Positions 46,347 through 59,600 of a stretch of DNA of 64,000 nucleotides are shown here, one piece after another. Source of the stretch: Anthoceros angustus (Eukaryota > Plantae > Anthocerotophyta); contig MU008166.1 of assembly GCA_010909165.1 (NCBI GenBank), forward strand, positions 1,736,001-1,800,000, read 5' to 3'. The notes under the pieces are model-generated. The model saw nothing but the letters and a program-made list of their open reading frames with translations, was not told where the DNA came from and ran no database searches. Numbering within the stretch: the stretch's first letter is position 1; every line of letters starts with the position of its first letter. Both the position numbers and the translations under genes were made by a program.

Positions 46347-48464
46347 AACACGATAATTTTTGAAGGGGGGGATATACTGACCCCCTTCGGTCATCACAGC
46401 ACCCCCTTGTCACGAAGAACACCTTACCTAGAATAAGATATGTGCCCTACTTTGATAATGCACACCCTTTCCGAGGTCATACCTTGATAAAACGACTTTC
46501 AAGTGAACACCCTAGAACTGGAGCATGAGGGGTGGGGCCCGTCGCGCTTTTGTAGAATGTTTAGAGGGCTGCCATTTTATATGTTTATTACAACCAAAAC
46601 TTTTACTTTGAAGTGGTGGAACACAATGAAAACAATCTGCATTTTAGAGGAGTCTCATTTTAATCAGAAGAACATTGCAACAAACATACGCTAAAGGAGG
46701 GAGTGGTCATCGCATCGACAATAGTCATTGAAGAGTGCGGCTCGGCGACTCATCCATGCCTTGCATCGACATCGAGTCAAGAACCACCGCCATATTCGGA
46801 TGCGGTCCATATCGTCCGCCTCAAAGTTATCGCTCTCCTCCATTGCTTGCTCGCCTTCAATAGTATCATTCCCCGGGCCCACCATCCGACGGTGTGGACC
46901 GCCACACAAGATCTAGGGTTTGCCGACCTCATCCAAAAGGTCGCCAAGTAGTCTTCAACCTTCCGCACTCAATGCAACCACTTGGGCTTTAAGGCAATGC
47001 CGCCCCTTAAAATGAACAAAGTTAGTTGCCCATGCGCCCATGCAAGCATCCTTAAAATCAACAAAGTTGAGTTATTAAAAGATATGGGTTTTGAACCCAA
47101 AACCTATTCATTACTAAACCTTTTTCCCAAACACTAGACCAACAATCCCAAGTTACAAACTTATTGAGCCACTACATATTGATTTTCAAAATGAGGAGGA
47201 GGGCCGGCGCCGGCGCCCATGGGTGGGGAGAGGCGCCGGCCACCCCATGGGCAAGGCATGGTTTGGGCTGGGCCCCAAGGAGGGCAGGCGGCCGGCGCGC
47301 CCATGGGTGGTGTGCTAGGGAGGGCGCCGCATGGGTGGTGCTAGGGGAGGACGCCACCGGGCCGGCCCCATGGTGGTGGTGGCAGAGGAGGGCGCCCCGG
47401 GCCGCCCATGCGGTATGTGGGAGGGGCGCCGGCCGGCCGCCCATGGGTGGTGTTAGGGAGGGCGCCGGCCGCCATGACTGTGGTGGCAGGGGAGGGCAGC
47501 CGCCGACGGCCTCCCCCGCTCCACCCGCACCACCCGGGTAACGGGTGGTGCGCGCAGCGGCCGCCTCCCTCCACGCCACCCGGTGGGCCCACGCGTGAGG
47601 GCGCCGGCCGGCGCCGCCGCGCCTCCACCCATCCGGGTGGTGGTGGGAGGGCGGGCGCCGGCCATCCCTCCGCTGCACCACCAGAACGACGGGTGGTGCG
47701 CGAGGGGCGCCGGCCGGCGCTCTCCCCCCGCACTACCCTTATGCCCGACGGGGGTGAGAGGGGGCCGGCCGGCGCCTCCGCGTGCCCATTGTGGCCTCCT
47801 TCCACGCACTTCGTGACGCGTGGCACTTCCATCGAAAATTCGAGGCTAACCTTAGAAGCAACCTTGGAATGAAGGCTAACCTTAGAAGCAAATGCGAAAT
47901 CGAGCCAAGATTTGGTCACGAGTGTAGAGGGTACTCTCCTAAACATCTATGTGGACAAAAAGCGATAAGGGATAAGCTCATGAGTTGCGTGGCTTAATAC
48001 AACTCATGAGTCAAAGTGCCCAAGATAATGATGACAATGGAGGAGAAGTCGACCAAGTGATGACGAAGGATTGAACTCGGGATGAGGAAATCGAAATCTG
48101 CTTTTTCCGGTCCCGAGTTAATGTTGTAAGTCCGTTGCGATGTTACCGTGTTAGGGAAATACCGTCTGGCTTTTGTGGTGTCATAACAAAACCACATTTT
48201 CCTCCCAAAATCGAGTTTACGTCCCTTCCCAGAACGGCCTTCCTCACCGCTCCTACTTTGCATTATTCCTAGGTTCGAGTTTGTGACCACCATTCGACAC
48301 AAACATTGCCGGATGGAAAGTAGTAACTTTATCGGGTGACACCTTTTTTCGAGTGTTTAATGCCTTCAAAACGCTGTTTTAGGGCCCATAAAAAACCCCC
48401 TTCAGAGATTATTTGCGGAAAACCCCCTTCGAGATTATTCACCCCCTTCAAAAATTATCATGTT
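46347..48464. mobile_element. 2.1-kb non-autonomous DNA transposon with TIRs and a 4-bp AGTT TSD
   Basis: TIR AACACGATAATTTTTGAAGGGG / CCCCTTCAAAAATTATCATGTT; AGTT on both flanks; excision restores the gag frame GAG AAG TTC AAA AAG. Partial copies at 44291-46045 and about 49376-50349. Confidence 0.85.
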
Positions 48465-51400
48465 AGTTCAAAAAGGACCAAGGAAAAGAGAAGAAGCAGG
48501 ACGACAAGAAGGCGACTTCGAATGTCAGGTTGGAAGAGTTAAATTCTGTTGAGGACGGAGATGTCCTTATCTCTTCTTACTTGAATGCTGCACAATTAAC
48601 AGCCGTGGATAGTCATTTATTCTGCAATTGGATAATTGACTCTGGTGCATCTTTCCATGTTACTCCTCATAGAGAGTGGTTTAGCACGTATGATGCTACA
48701 AGGAAAGGATGTGTTAGGCTTGGAAATAACTACGCATGCCGATCGCGTGGTGATGTGCAACTCAAGTTTGACAACGGATCTTCATTCATGTCAAGGACGT
48801 TAGGCATGTTCAAGTTGACAAAGAGCATGATTAGCGCAGATGCTTGGATGATGCGGTTACCACACGGTTTGGGGATCACTCTTGGAAGATCTCCAAAGGT
48901 TCTCTTGTGTTAGCTCGTGGATCAAGTGTGGCACTTTGTACTCACTTAAACACCGCAAAGATCATGTGATCGCAGAGCACCAAATGTTTCCTTGTGGCAT
49001 TGCTGTTAGGACATATGTCTAAGGGAATGAAGGTTTTATCTCGCTCGTTATATCCTGTTCTTAACTTCTCCGATCTCGATGTGTGAGCACTGTTTATATG
49101 GGAAAGCAGACAAAATCATCACATCGAACAAGAGGTAAAAGTAGGAGTAAACCTCTTGAGTTGGTTCACGTGATGTATGTGGACCTATGCCTCATCTGCA
49201 TCATTAGGCGGTGCCTCCTATTTTGTCACTTTATAGATGATTTCTCACGCAAGGTGTGGGTTTATCCTTTGAGGAAAAAGGATGAAGTTCGACGGTGTTG
49301 AAATTTGTCACCCTTGTAGAGAATCCGCCACCGATTGAAGTGTCTAAGACGATAATGGTGGAGAGTATGTCGCCTCTAGCTCACCCGCCGCACCAGCGGT
49401 GGGCAAGCGGGTGGTGCTGGCGGCCGGCCCGGCGGCGCCCTCCTCCACGCACCGTGTGGGCCTCGTATGGGTGGTGCGTGGAGGGAGGCGCCCGCGGCCC
49501 GCCGCGCTCCACCCGCCAATCGTGGTGGTGCGGGGCGGCGGCGGCGCCATCCTCCCCACGCACCGTGTAAACCCTACGGGTGGTGCGGCGGATGGGGAGG
49601 CGGCCCGGCCGGCGCTCTCCTCACGCACCCGCCTTATGCCCGGGGTGGAGTCACGAGGAGCCGGGCCGGCCCTCCGCGTGCCCGTGGCCTTCCCGCACCC
49701 CACATCGTGGCACTTCCATCGAAAATTCAGTAGGCTAACCTTAGAAGCAACCTTGGAATGAAGGCTAACCTTAGAAGCAAATGCCGTTTGAAATCGAGCG
49801 AGCATTTGGTCGGTCGAGTGTAGAGGGTACTCCTCCCGGAAACATCTGTATGCGGTGGACAAAAAAGCGATAAGAGATAAGCTCTGCGAGTTGCGTGGCT
49901 TAATACAACCAGTCAAAGTCTTGCGAAGATAATGATGACAATGGAGGAGAAGGCTGGACCAAGTGATGACGAAGGATTGAACTCGGGATGAGTGAAATCT
50001 CGTTTTCCGGGTCCCGAGTTAATGTTGTAAAGTCACAGTTCTTGATATTCTTGTGTTAGGAAATATCGTCTGGCTTTTGTGGTGTCATAACAAAACCACA
50101 TTTTCCTCCCAAAAGCGAGTTCTGATCCCTTCCGGCGGCCTTCCTCACGTTCCTACTTTGCATTATTCCGTAGGTTCGAGTTTGTGACCACCATTCGACA
50201 CAAACATTCTTTGGATGGAAAGTAGTAACTTCTTTGGGTGACACCTTTTTTTGATAATGCCTTCAAAAGCTGTTTTCCCATAAAACCCCTTCGGAGATTA
50301 TTTGGAAAACCCCCTTGAGATTATTCACCCCTTCAAAAATTATCATGTTAGTTCAAAAAGGACCAAGAAAGAAGCGGGGCGACAAGAAGCGACGAATCGA
50401 GTTGGAAGAGTTAAATTACATTGAGACGGAGATGTCCTTATCTCTTCTTACTTGAATCTTGCACAATTAACCGTGGATAGTCATTTATTACGCAATTGGA
50501 TAATTGACTCGGTGCATCTTTCCATGTTACTCCTCATAGAGAGTGGTTTAACACGTATGATGCTACAAGGAAAGGATGTGTTAGGCTTGGAAATAACTAT
50601 ATGCGGATCGCGGGCGTTGGTGATGTCAACTCAAGTTTGACAACGGATCTTCATTCATCTTTGAAGGGCGTTAGGCATGTTCGAAGTTGACAAAAGCATG
50701 ATTAGCGCGGCGGTTGGATGATCTTTGGTTACCACTTCTGGTTTGGGGATCACTCTTGGAAGATCTCCAAAGGTTCTCTTGTGTTAGCTCGTGGATCGAG
50801 TGTGGCACTTTGTACTCACTTGATCGTAAGATGTGATCATGTGATGAGCGACCAAATGTTTCCTTGTGGCATTGCGGTTAGGACATATGTCTCGAAGGGA
50901 ATGAAGGTTTTATCTCGTTACGGTTATATCCTGTTCTTAACTTCTCTCGATCTCGATGTGTGAGCCTTTGTTTATATGGGAAGCAGACAAAATCATCACA
51001 TCGAACAAGAGGTAAAAGTAGGAGTAAACCTCTTGAGTTGGTTCACTGATGTATGTGGACCTATGCCTCTCATCATTAGGCGGTGCCTCCTTTTTGTCAC
51101 TTTCATAGATGATTTCTCACGCAAGGTGTGGGTTTATCCTTTGAGGAAAAAGGATGAAGTTACGGCGGTGTTTGAAATTTGTCACCCTTAGAGAAATCGA
51201 TGCCACATTGAAGTGTCTAGACGGATAATGGTGGAAGTATGTTTGAAAGCTTTCGGTCATTACATGATTCCAAGGGAATCAAGAGAATTACGTAGTATAC
51301 TCCTCCACAAAATGGTGTGTGGCGGATGAGCAGAACCATTCGGGAGAGGATCGTGGTTGTTGTCAAACTACGGATTGCCTAATGGGTTTTGGGCGAGCGA

Positions 51401-54400
51401 TGTCTCTGCTTCATCTTATTAACGGATCTCCTAATAAAATTTGATGGCGAGTTCGAGGAGCTATAGTGGAAAGAAACCATCCTACAAGCATCTGCGAGTG
51501 TTTGGTATGAGGCATCTTGCCATGTTCCAAAAGAGTTTGGGACAAGTTGGCACCTAAGTCCAAGAAATGTATTTTTCTTGGCTATGGTGATTACGGTGAG
51601 ATGGGATACCGTTTGTGGGATCGAGGCTAGAAAGGTTGTTCGTACTAACGGCGTGTTCTTCAATGAGAACAAGATGCACAGGAAGCCTACTCCAAGCTGT
51701 GGAGTGCGAAGGGTGATCTTCAAGAAGATGGACATGATCATCATGGCGGGTTGATACTTGGTAATGTGCGGGGCACATTCCTCCACCGATAGATGAACCA
51801 AGAGTCGAACAAGCACCTATAGAGGTGCACACAGCTTCGTGGGTCGCGGATTACACCTCGGCGGTATGATCCATCTGGATTATGTTATCTTGACAGTTGT
51901 GGGGAACCCTCTTCTTACAAAGAGGCCATGTCAATGAGTAACAAGAGAAGTGGGAGAAGGCCATGCGATCGAAATGAATTGCATAAGAACCAAACTTGGG
52001 AGTTGGTTGTTGCCTAGGATAAGAAGGGGCATACTGATGGCAAAGTACAAGGGTGTGCTAAAGCAAGGCATTGACTTTGATGAGATTTTCTCACGATGGT
52101 CAAAATGACAACTGCGATGTGTTCTTGCTTTGGTTGCGGGAATGATATGGAACTTATGCGGATGGATGTCAAGGCGGCATTCTTGCATGGTGACCTTCAA
52201 GAGGGGCGTACATGCGAACGGAAGGTTTTGTTGAGAAGGGCAAGAATCGGTGTGCGAGTTGAGGAAGAGCCTTTATGGTTTTGAAGCAGGCACCAGTGGT
52301 ATCACAAGTTCCACTCATTTATGCTTTCTCAAGGCTACAAGCGTAGCGATGAGGATCATTGCCTCTATCTGAAGCAAGCTAAGGATCAAAGCTTGCTCAT
52401 TTTGATCCTCTATGTGGATGATATGCTAATTCTTTGGGGAAGATCTTGATGAGATTTGTTGAAGTCAAAGTTGAATGCTCACTTTGAAATGAGACTTGGG
52501 AGGCGAGCCATATACTTGGCATGCGTATTCGTCGGAGCAGGACATACCTTTATTTGTCTCGACGGAATACATTGAGGTGCTTCAACGTTTCAACATGGAG
52601 AAGGGAAGCCATTGGGTACTCCATTGCCTCCATATGTGAAACTTTCAAGCGGATTGCCCAAGCTACGAGGAGGACAAATGAAATGGAGAAGGTCCCATAC
52701 TCATCTGTAGGGAGTTTGATGTATGCAATGATTGCTACGTCCGACATTGCCTTTGCGGTGGGAGTGGTTAGCGAGTTTATGTCAAACCACGGCAAGAAGC
52801 ATTGGGAGGCGATAAAAGGAGTTATGAGGTATCCAGATGGTACAAAAGCTTTGTGCATATGTTTTGGTAGTGAAGATGCATGTGGTTGGGTACAGATCTT
52901 GATTATCGAGGATATGGACAAAAGGAGGTCCACATCGGTTATGTCTGTCTTGTGCCTTTGGAGGCGATCTCATGGCGATCTCGTTTGCGATCGTGCATTC
53001 GCTATCTACCACAGAGGCCGAGTATGTTGCGGCAGGCTTGCAAGGAAGCCATATGGCTTGCTCGTTTAGTGGGAGACTTGGGGATCAAGGTTGTGCCGGT
53101 GTTGCATTGTGATAGCAGTGCTATCAATTGGCAAAGAATCCGATGTTTCATGCGAAGACTAAACATGTGGATGTGAAGTATCACTTCATTCGAGAGGTGT
53201 TGGATGACAAGAGGGTACAACTTGTCAAGGTTCACAGAACCTAAGATATTCTTACCAAGGGACTCTACGACAATTTGCACAAGCTCGGACAGATGGGCAT
53301 GAGGTAGTCCATTCTCCTCTGAAGGTAAATTGGCCTTTAAGTGGGAGGTTGTAAGGGTATTAAAGCCCAATGTACTTAGACTAATACACTTAGTCTAAGT
53401 TAGGTGTCATATCATTAGTTTAGAAGCTAATCACTAGGAAGCTTCTTGTGCTCCTTCCTAGGGGCTTCTTGTGGAGCTTCCTAGGGAGCCCTATTGGAGG
53501 GTATAAATACCCTCAGAGCCTCATCTCAATGTGAGAGAGTTACACTTGCCTCCTCCTCTCCTCTCCTCTTTCCACCATCATGGGCTGCCACACGATCCTT
53601 CAATAGAGTAGCCCCTAGGCTTCATTAGATGATGCTTTAGAAGAATCTTTGCATCCCTTCGAAAGAGCAAGGTGTGGCTTGGCAATTCCTTCAAGGCACC
53701 CTCCCTAATGCAGACCACTAGGGTGGTTTGTTTCTTGCCACTAGAATCGAGAATTGTACCCTCTACACAATGGGCGGAGCACACAAGAGTCAACACATTT
53801 TTTTCCACTGTCACATACCCAAGATGGTATGGGAGGCAATACTCAGGTGGATCACTCTGCCCATACCATCTCTACCGACTAACGCAGAGCGTAAGTCTGC
53901 GCAATATCGGATTCCAGGAAATGGGTACTTTGGGCAAAAGCGACAGAACTTTCCCATCATCATATCCAAAAAGCATGTCCCGAGAAACCATGCGTTATTG
54001 CGGGTTTTGAAGAAATTTGGCATCCACTTTTCTGAGACGGAAAAGAACGTGGCCAAAAAATTATTGTCTTTGAATTCATTCCTCCAAAACTTGAGAAAAG
54101 TGTAGGGGGAGCGGTGGATGCGTTTGAACATTTGTCTTACAGGGGTCTTATCATGTGTTGTCCTAAAAAATAAGGTCCATCGAATAGAGACACGGTTTTG
54201 GCGATTTGGAACATAATCGCAAATTACATGTTGTACCGTCATTGTGTGCCCATACTGCACTTGGTTAAGCCGTTTATGTCCATGGGGAACACACAACCTA
54301 TCCACTGAGAAGTGCACGGCCACCGGCGATACCTTCCCCACACCAAAGACTAGTAGGAGTCCATGGTCAATAAAACTAACTAATCAACTCCATGAACCAT

Positions 54401-55249
54401 GTTCATCAAGTGTTTCAATGTCCTCGCCTCGATGCAACATCTTCTCGCAACGCCATCATCCGCAGCCCTTCCTTCCATATGTTCCGAGCTTCCTCCGCAG
54501 GCGCAAAACGCATATGTTTTTCCGTGACATGGTTCTCGTCCTTGCATTTAGTTGCTTCGCTTTGTTAGAGAAAACCCGTATGCCAAGATGAATGTGTCCG
54601 AAGAAGCAATTTGTCGACGTGTTTCCGCAACCTCATGCTCCGTGCTGAGAGCGACCCCACGACCGCCGCTGGTGGTCGATCGTAAAATCATCTCCTCTAG
54701 GTACCGCCTTCAAATGCGCTGCATTTAGTCACCCACCAATGGACTTTAATGAATGGGGCGCATTGAAGTCCACCAGAACTTTAAGCCGTAATGGTCGATT
54801 GTCGATCTGCCCCACAAGGCACCGCAATCATGTGACCGCTTGTATCTCCAACACATCGCCGCTGCTTTCTTGTTCCCGCCACAAGATCATCCCGCTTCAG
54901 ACTCCAACATACATGTCCGGCACTTGCCGAACGATTGATGTCAGAAATCTGTAACCAACCAAGCGATGCAACTCTTCATTAGTGTTCTATCTACCATTGC
55001 CAAGGGGTCTTCAATTCCTCAAAGATGCTCACATGCTATCTTGTCCACGATGGTCTCACCCTGCATTCCTCCCACCAAATATCCTCACCGCCCAAATGGG
55101 TCCCGAAGTTTTCCTCTAGTTTCCCACGCATTGTCGCAAGACTTCTTTCGGATCTCTCCTCCGCAACCGCTTTTTACTGGACCTCCAAATGAACCAAACG
55201 AAAATTTTGAATAGGAGTAGATGGGACATTATTCAAAACTCCAAACCCT

Positions 55250-56220
55250 CGTCCGTGACCAGATTCATCGCTGAATATTGTTTGCCCCTCATCAAGAATA
55301 AGTCTCACACCGCTTTCGGGTTATTTTGAACCGATGTCGAAAAGATATATTGTGCAACTGTTTCACCGCAAAGAATCGCTTATAGCCACCATAAGGTATT
55401 GGCCACACAAACTTTCTAAGTCCGGAACTTCTTTCACCTCCATAATTTTGGTTTGGGCGATATGCATTCTCCAAAATACCACTACTTTGGGCAACAAAGC
55501 TTCCTTCCGCAAGCACCATTGAAAACCTCGAAAACATCCGTCAACTCGGTCATGAGTGTGCCCAACTGTGAGGAATCCTACTTTTACCTTCTCAAAACCT
55601 TAAGCTCTACCAACATATTCGTGTAAGCTTAACAGGGCATTCTTATTCTCCCGCAGATTGTCGAGTTGAAGATAAAGAACCTTTGGTAGTAGTCCTCGTA
55701 ATTTGAAATGACATGCCGGATATTGGCTATAGTCGTTTGCATCGCTTGATGTTCCCGTGCCATGAAGAGTTCCCGACATGGTGTAGTTATAAATCATGCA
55801 CCCCACAACATGGACGCCGATCAAACCTACATCCGACAGTCCTTGGGTAAACGCGTGAAATGTGGAAGCCGTGGTCTTCTGGTCCATCCTGGCCGATGGA
55901 TATCCCGATATACTTTGCCGGTCTCCATAACATTTCACGGTGCTTGATGCATTTTTCTCTCTTCGAGAGCTGTGCCGCCGCGCCTTCAAATGCTTCGCAA
56001 AATAATCACCCAAACAACGTTGAGGAATAAACGCCGCCTGGAAGGAATAACGCAATACGAAAAGCGCACCGGCCGACTTACAAACCACGCCCGGCCGGCG
56101 AGCCAGACAGGCCGACCGGGCACTATCGCCGAGGACCGACCGACACGCGCCATACGGGCCGACGCGCACATCCCCCACCGCATTGCCAAAACACAATTTC
56201 ACATCAAGCCTCACCTTGTT
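55250..56220 (-). pseudogene. Decayed DDE-type DNA transposase (DUF7869 / Sola-like)
   Basis: Frames give ...MDQKT...F..., GVHVVG, LPKVLYLQLDN.RENKN, FEKVKVGFLTVGHTHDRVD and a C-terminal RHRFKI. Confidence 0.75.
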
Positions 56221-58039
56221 TTTCTCGCTTTTCTCGCTTTATATTTCGCTTGAGGTAATCGCAGGTTGTGCACAAGGCAAACCGATTGCTCTTCGAATTT
56301 TGACCTTGTGGAAGTGCGAGCCCAAAGTCGATAAAAGTAGGAATGAGAAACATCACTTGAGCGCTGCATATGTTGCTTGTATCAAAGTCACACTCGCCTT
56401 ATAGACATGTGACATAAGGTGATACCGTGGTGTTGGATGATTTACAAGCGCTTGATCGATGGACCGATGCGAACGGCCAGACGATGGACCTTGAATGAGA
56501 GTGCAGCCACTTCTAGAAAATGATGGCATAAGATGAGGTGGATGCATCGAATTTGTAATGGGCCTATTTTAGGCATTTGAGGTTAAATGAATGATGACCG
56601 TGTTCAAGGAACCTACCGCTACTTCGAGCCGCTTTAGCCTAACTAGCGTGTTAAGGCTTTATCGTAATCCCGCTGATGCGCTTCAAACATCCATATTTCA
56701 TTTCCACGGCTCGAGCCTCCTTTTCATCAAGAGTTCGAGAGTCCGACGACTTCTTACTTCCTCCCGCCAACTTCCCGCATGCAGGTTTTTGAAGATTGCG
56801 GGATGGTGATCGCGAGGACGCCACGAGCAATAAGCATGCAGATCGACCCCGCTGGAGGCGCCCGCCACGCATCGTAGCAAAAATGCAAATGCGTCGCCGC
56901 AAGAGCAGCAGGATCGCCGCAAGGGCGTGCGGATGAGGGGATGCATCCCCGCGAATGTGGTAACAGAACCCCACCCGCTATTATGCAATTGAGAGAATCC
57001 TCTCATGGTAGTGTCCTATCGCCCACCTCAAAGGGTAGTCAACGGAGAGGATATGAAGACATTGATGGCCGCCGAGGGAGCACCAACCTCGTGGAAATGC
57101 CATCGATTCCTCATGCTTTTAACTTTGTGGAGCGCTGAAAAGCTCCGATTCTCCGCTTCAACATGCATAAAGAGTGGAGCGTTGTTGCAAGAAGAACCCA
57201 AGATCCAGTCCGCCTTGGATTCCACCATCGCCTTATGGATTAACGGTTACAATGGTATTGAGGGGATTCCGCAAGAGTCGGATGGATTCTATGTGCAACA
57301 AGGACTAATGGGCGAAGATATGCACATACGCTTTTGGTCACCAAGAAACCTCATTTGCACATAAACGATGACATCAACACATCTCCCGACAATGGATGCA
57401 TGATAATGCCTCGTCGGAGCGTGTGTTGAAATCGGCCTTGATTCCAAAAGTGTTCAAGATAAACATTTGACCATGTATCACTTCCCATTTTCGCTAGGGT
57501 TTCGCTTTGGTATACTCATTGTTTCTTTAAAATGAACAGGGAGAACAATTTTGTCAGGACTATAAGTGTCAAGAACAGAGGTGAGTGATCACGCTACGGT
57601 GATCGGGCAGCGAGGCGTTAACGCACACCAATATCGCGGGTTCAAGGTGTACTGAATATCCCGATTTGCAACGAGATGGAGGAGGACATTCGCTCGCCGA
57701 GCCGAGCCTCCCAAGAGGAGAGCCCGCCTCTGGTCCAGCGAGGCACCGACCCGCCCATGGCTCGCAACATGTCCACCAGGGTCTTCGAATGAGGCTTTTG
57801 AGGAGGAGGTGACCTCTCGTGAGATTCTCGCAGGGCCGCGACCAGAAAGAAGAAGAATAATGCAATCGGCGGCTACAAGATGAGAAGGCGGAGTGGGATG
57901 CTCCAATAAAAACCGCCTCCGCTTTAAGCAAAGAATAATCTCTCATTGCAAGAAGTCCTGAGGAACTCCACCACCAAAGTGAATCTCAACGATGAGGATA
58001 TGCATTGAAATAGTCCATCTCAACAACAATCCGCATGGA

Positions 58040-59600
58040 GCGATGAAGGTGCCAGAGATCTTCCAAACGCCTCGACCCATCAAGATGGATTACGCACCAC
58101 AAAAGTGTTGGCCTTGATGATCTCTTCATATGATCAATAGATGGGAATGGGCGTGGAGAAGATATGGCGGATCTTATTTCGCTGACATGGCAAGACGAAA
58201 GACTATGTCACCAAAGATTCGCTTTGCGGATCCCAGTGAAAGTTTGATCCTCAAAAGCTCAAGATGGGTTATGCCGATAATTCACTTGATTTCGGAGAAA
58301 ATCGGGTCCAAAATGCGTGAAACTCAAGATGAGCCGTTGAACCGGGTCGAAAAACCGATTCACGTGGGGCCGCGAAGTTCGCCAACAAAGCGTTGCACGG
58401 ATGAACGCTGTGGCTTCGGGCCGGGCTGAAACGTTGTCGCCCGCCTGGCGCCGGTCATGGCGCGCCCGTCTCGCGATGCTCCTGCCCGGCGAGGCGTGGC
58501 ACTGCCCGGCTGGGGATGCCTGCTTCCGCCGATCCTAGTGGAGGGAGCGCCTCGCGTAAGAATTACTCGATTCGCCCACCTCGATCAAAATTCCGCGAAG
58601 AGGTGGAATTTTTCAATTTCGTGAGCCTGCGTTGGAGGCACCTGTGAGGGAAGGATCGGACGGGCGAGGCAGGGGCAGAGGCTGTGAGATGAGAAAATCT
58701 ATGTGTGAAATGTAGATGGGGTTCTGCACCAAGATGGAAGGCGAATGTGAAGAATGCTCCAAGTGGTCGCCTCCCGCAATTATGCAATTGAAGAATCCTC
58801 CTCATGAAGTGTCCGGGAGGCTCCACTGGCACAAAGTTTGAATCGATTGATGAGAGCACATGATCCTCACTCAAATAGTCCCATCTCTCATAACTCAATG
58901 TGGGTGGAGCAAGTTGCAAGTGCCAGGATCTTCCAAACGCCTCGACCTATCAAGATGGACTTACGCAAGAACCCAAGTGTTGGCTGCTGAACCGATCTTT
59001 TCCTTCATATGATCAATGTGAGATGGGAATCGAGTGGAGAAGTACTAGCCATGTATGTTGCATCTTATTTCCCTGCTGATAATATGCCAAGACGAGACCA
59101 TGTCCACCAAAGATAATGCGCTTAAGGTGATCAAGTCAGAAGTTTGATCCTCAAAAGTCAAGATTCCGCCAGGTGGGCGGTCACTCAATCTTCACTTGCA
59201 TAGGTGGTGGTGAAAAATGCCGGTCCAAATGCAACGGAAGATGAGGGGAAGGCGACCGATTCACCGTGGGGCCGCGAAGGTGTCGAACGAATGTGATTAT
59301 GAACGCTTGGCCGGGCGACAACTGAGGCTTTGCCGCCCGCGGGCGCCCGCCCTGGCCCCGGGCGAGGGACCCGCGCTCCGGGCGATGGCGTGCCTGTGCC
59401 GCCCGGCTGGGGAGGTCGCCCTCCGCCGATCCTGGGAGGCCGGGGCGCCTGCGTAAAATTACCCGATTCCATGTCAAAATGATCTCTGTGGAATTTTTCA
59501 ATGGTGCACCGCCGCCGTTGGAGGCATCTCAGTGAGGGAAGGATCGGATGGGGCGGCACGTGCTGGGAGGAGGAGAGGAACAAACATCTATGTTTGGTTT
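58040..59600. repeat. Degraded tandem duplication of about 870 bp
   Basis: GATCTTCCAAACGCCTCGACC occurs at about 58058 and 58927, with collinear similarity for about 650 bp. Confidence 0.75.

Larger units (their letters stand above)
43503..53602 (+). mobile_element. Ty1/copia LTR retrotransposon with ATAGA TSD, degraded, carrying a nested TIR element and two internal tandem duplications
   Basis: LTRs at 43503-43764 and 53350-53602 (TG...CA); TSD ATAGA at 43498-43502 and 53603-53607; PPT GTGGGAGG. Gag at 43770-44290, protease WIIDSGASFH at about 48630, integrase at 49100 and 51000-51650, RT/RNase H at 51950-53300. Confidence 0.93.

Noticed and set aside
46345-48466. piggyBac interpretation (TTAA/TTAG flanks) of the 2.1-kb element
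   Set aside because: Shifting the boundary 2 nt gives longer perfect TIR ends (AAC...GTT), a perfect AGTT TSD and a restored gag frame; the TTAA reading does not.
45020-49916. Many Gly/Arg/Pro-rich ORFs on both strands
   Set aside because: Artefacts of stop-poor GC-rich minisatellite sequence.
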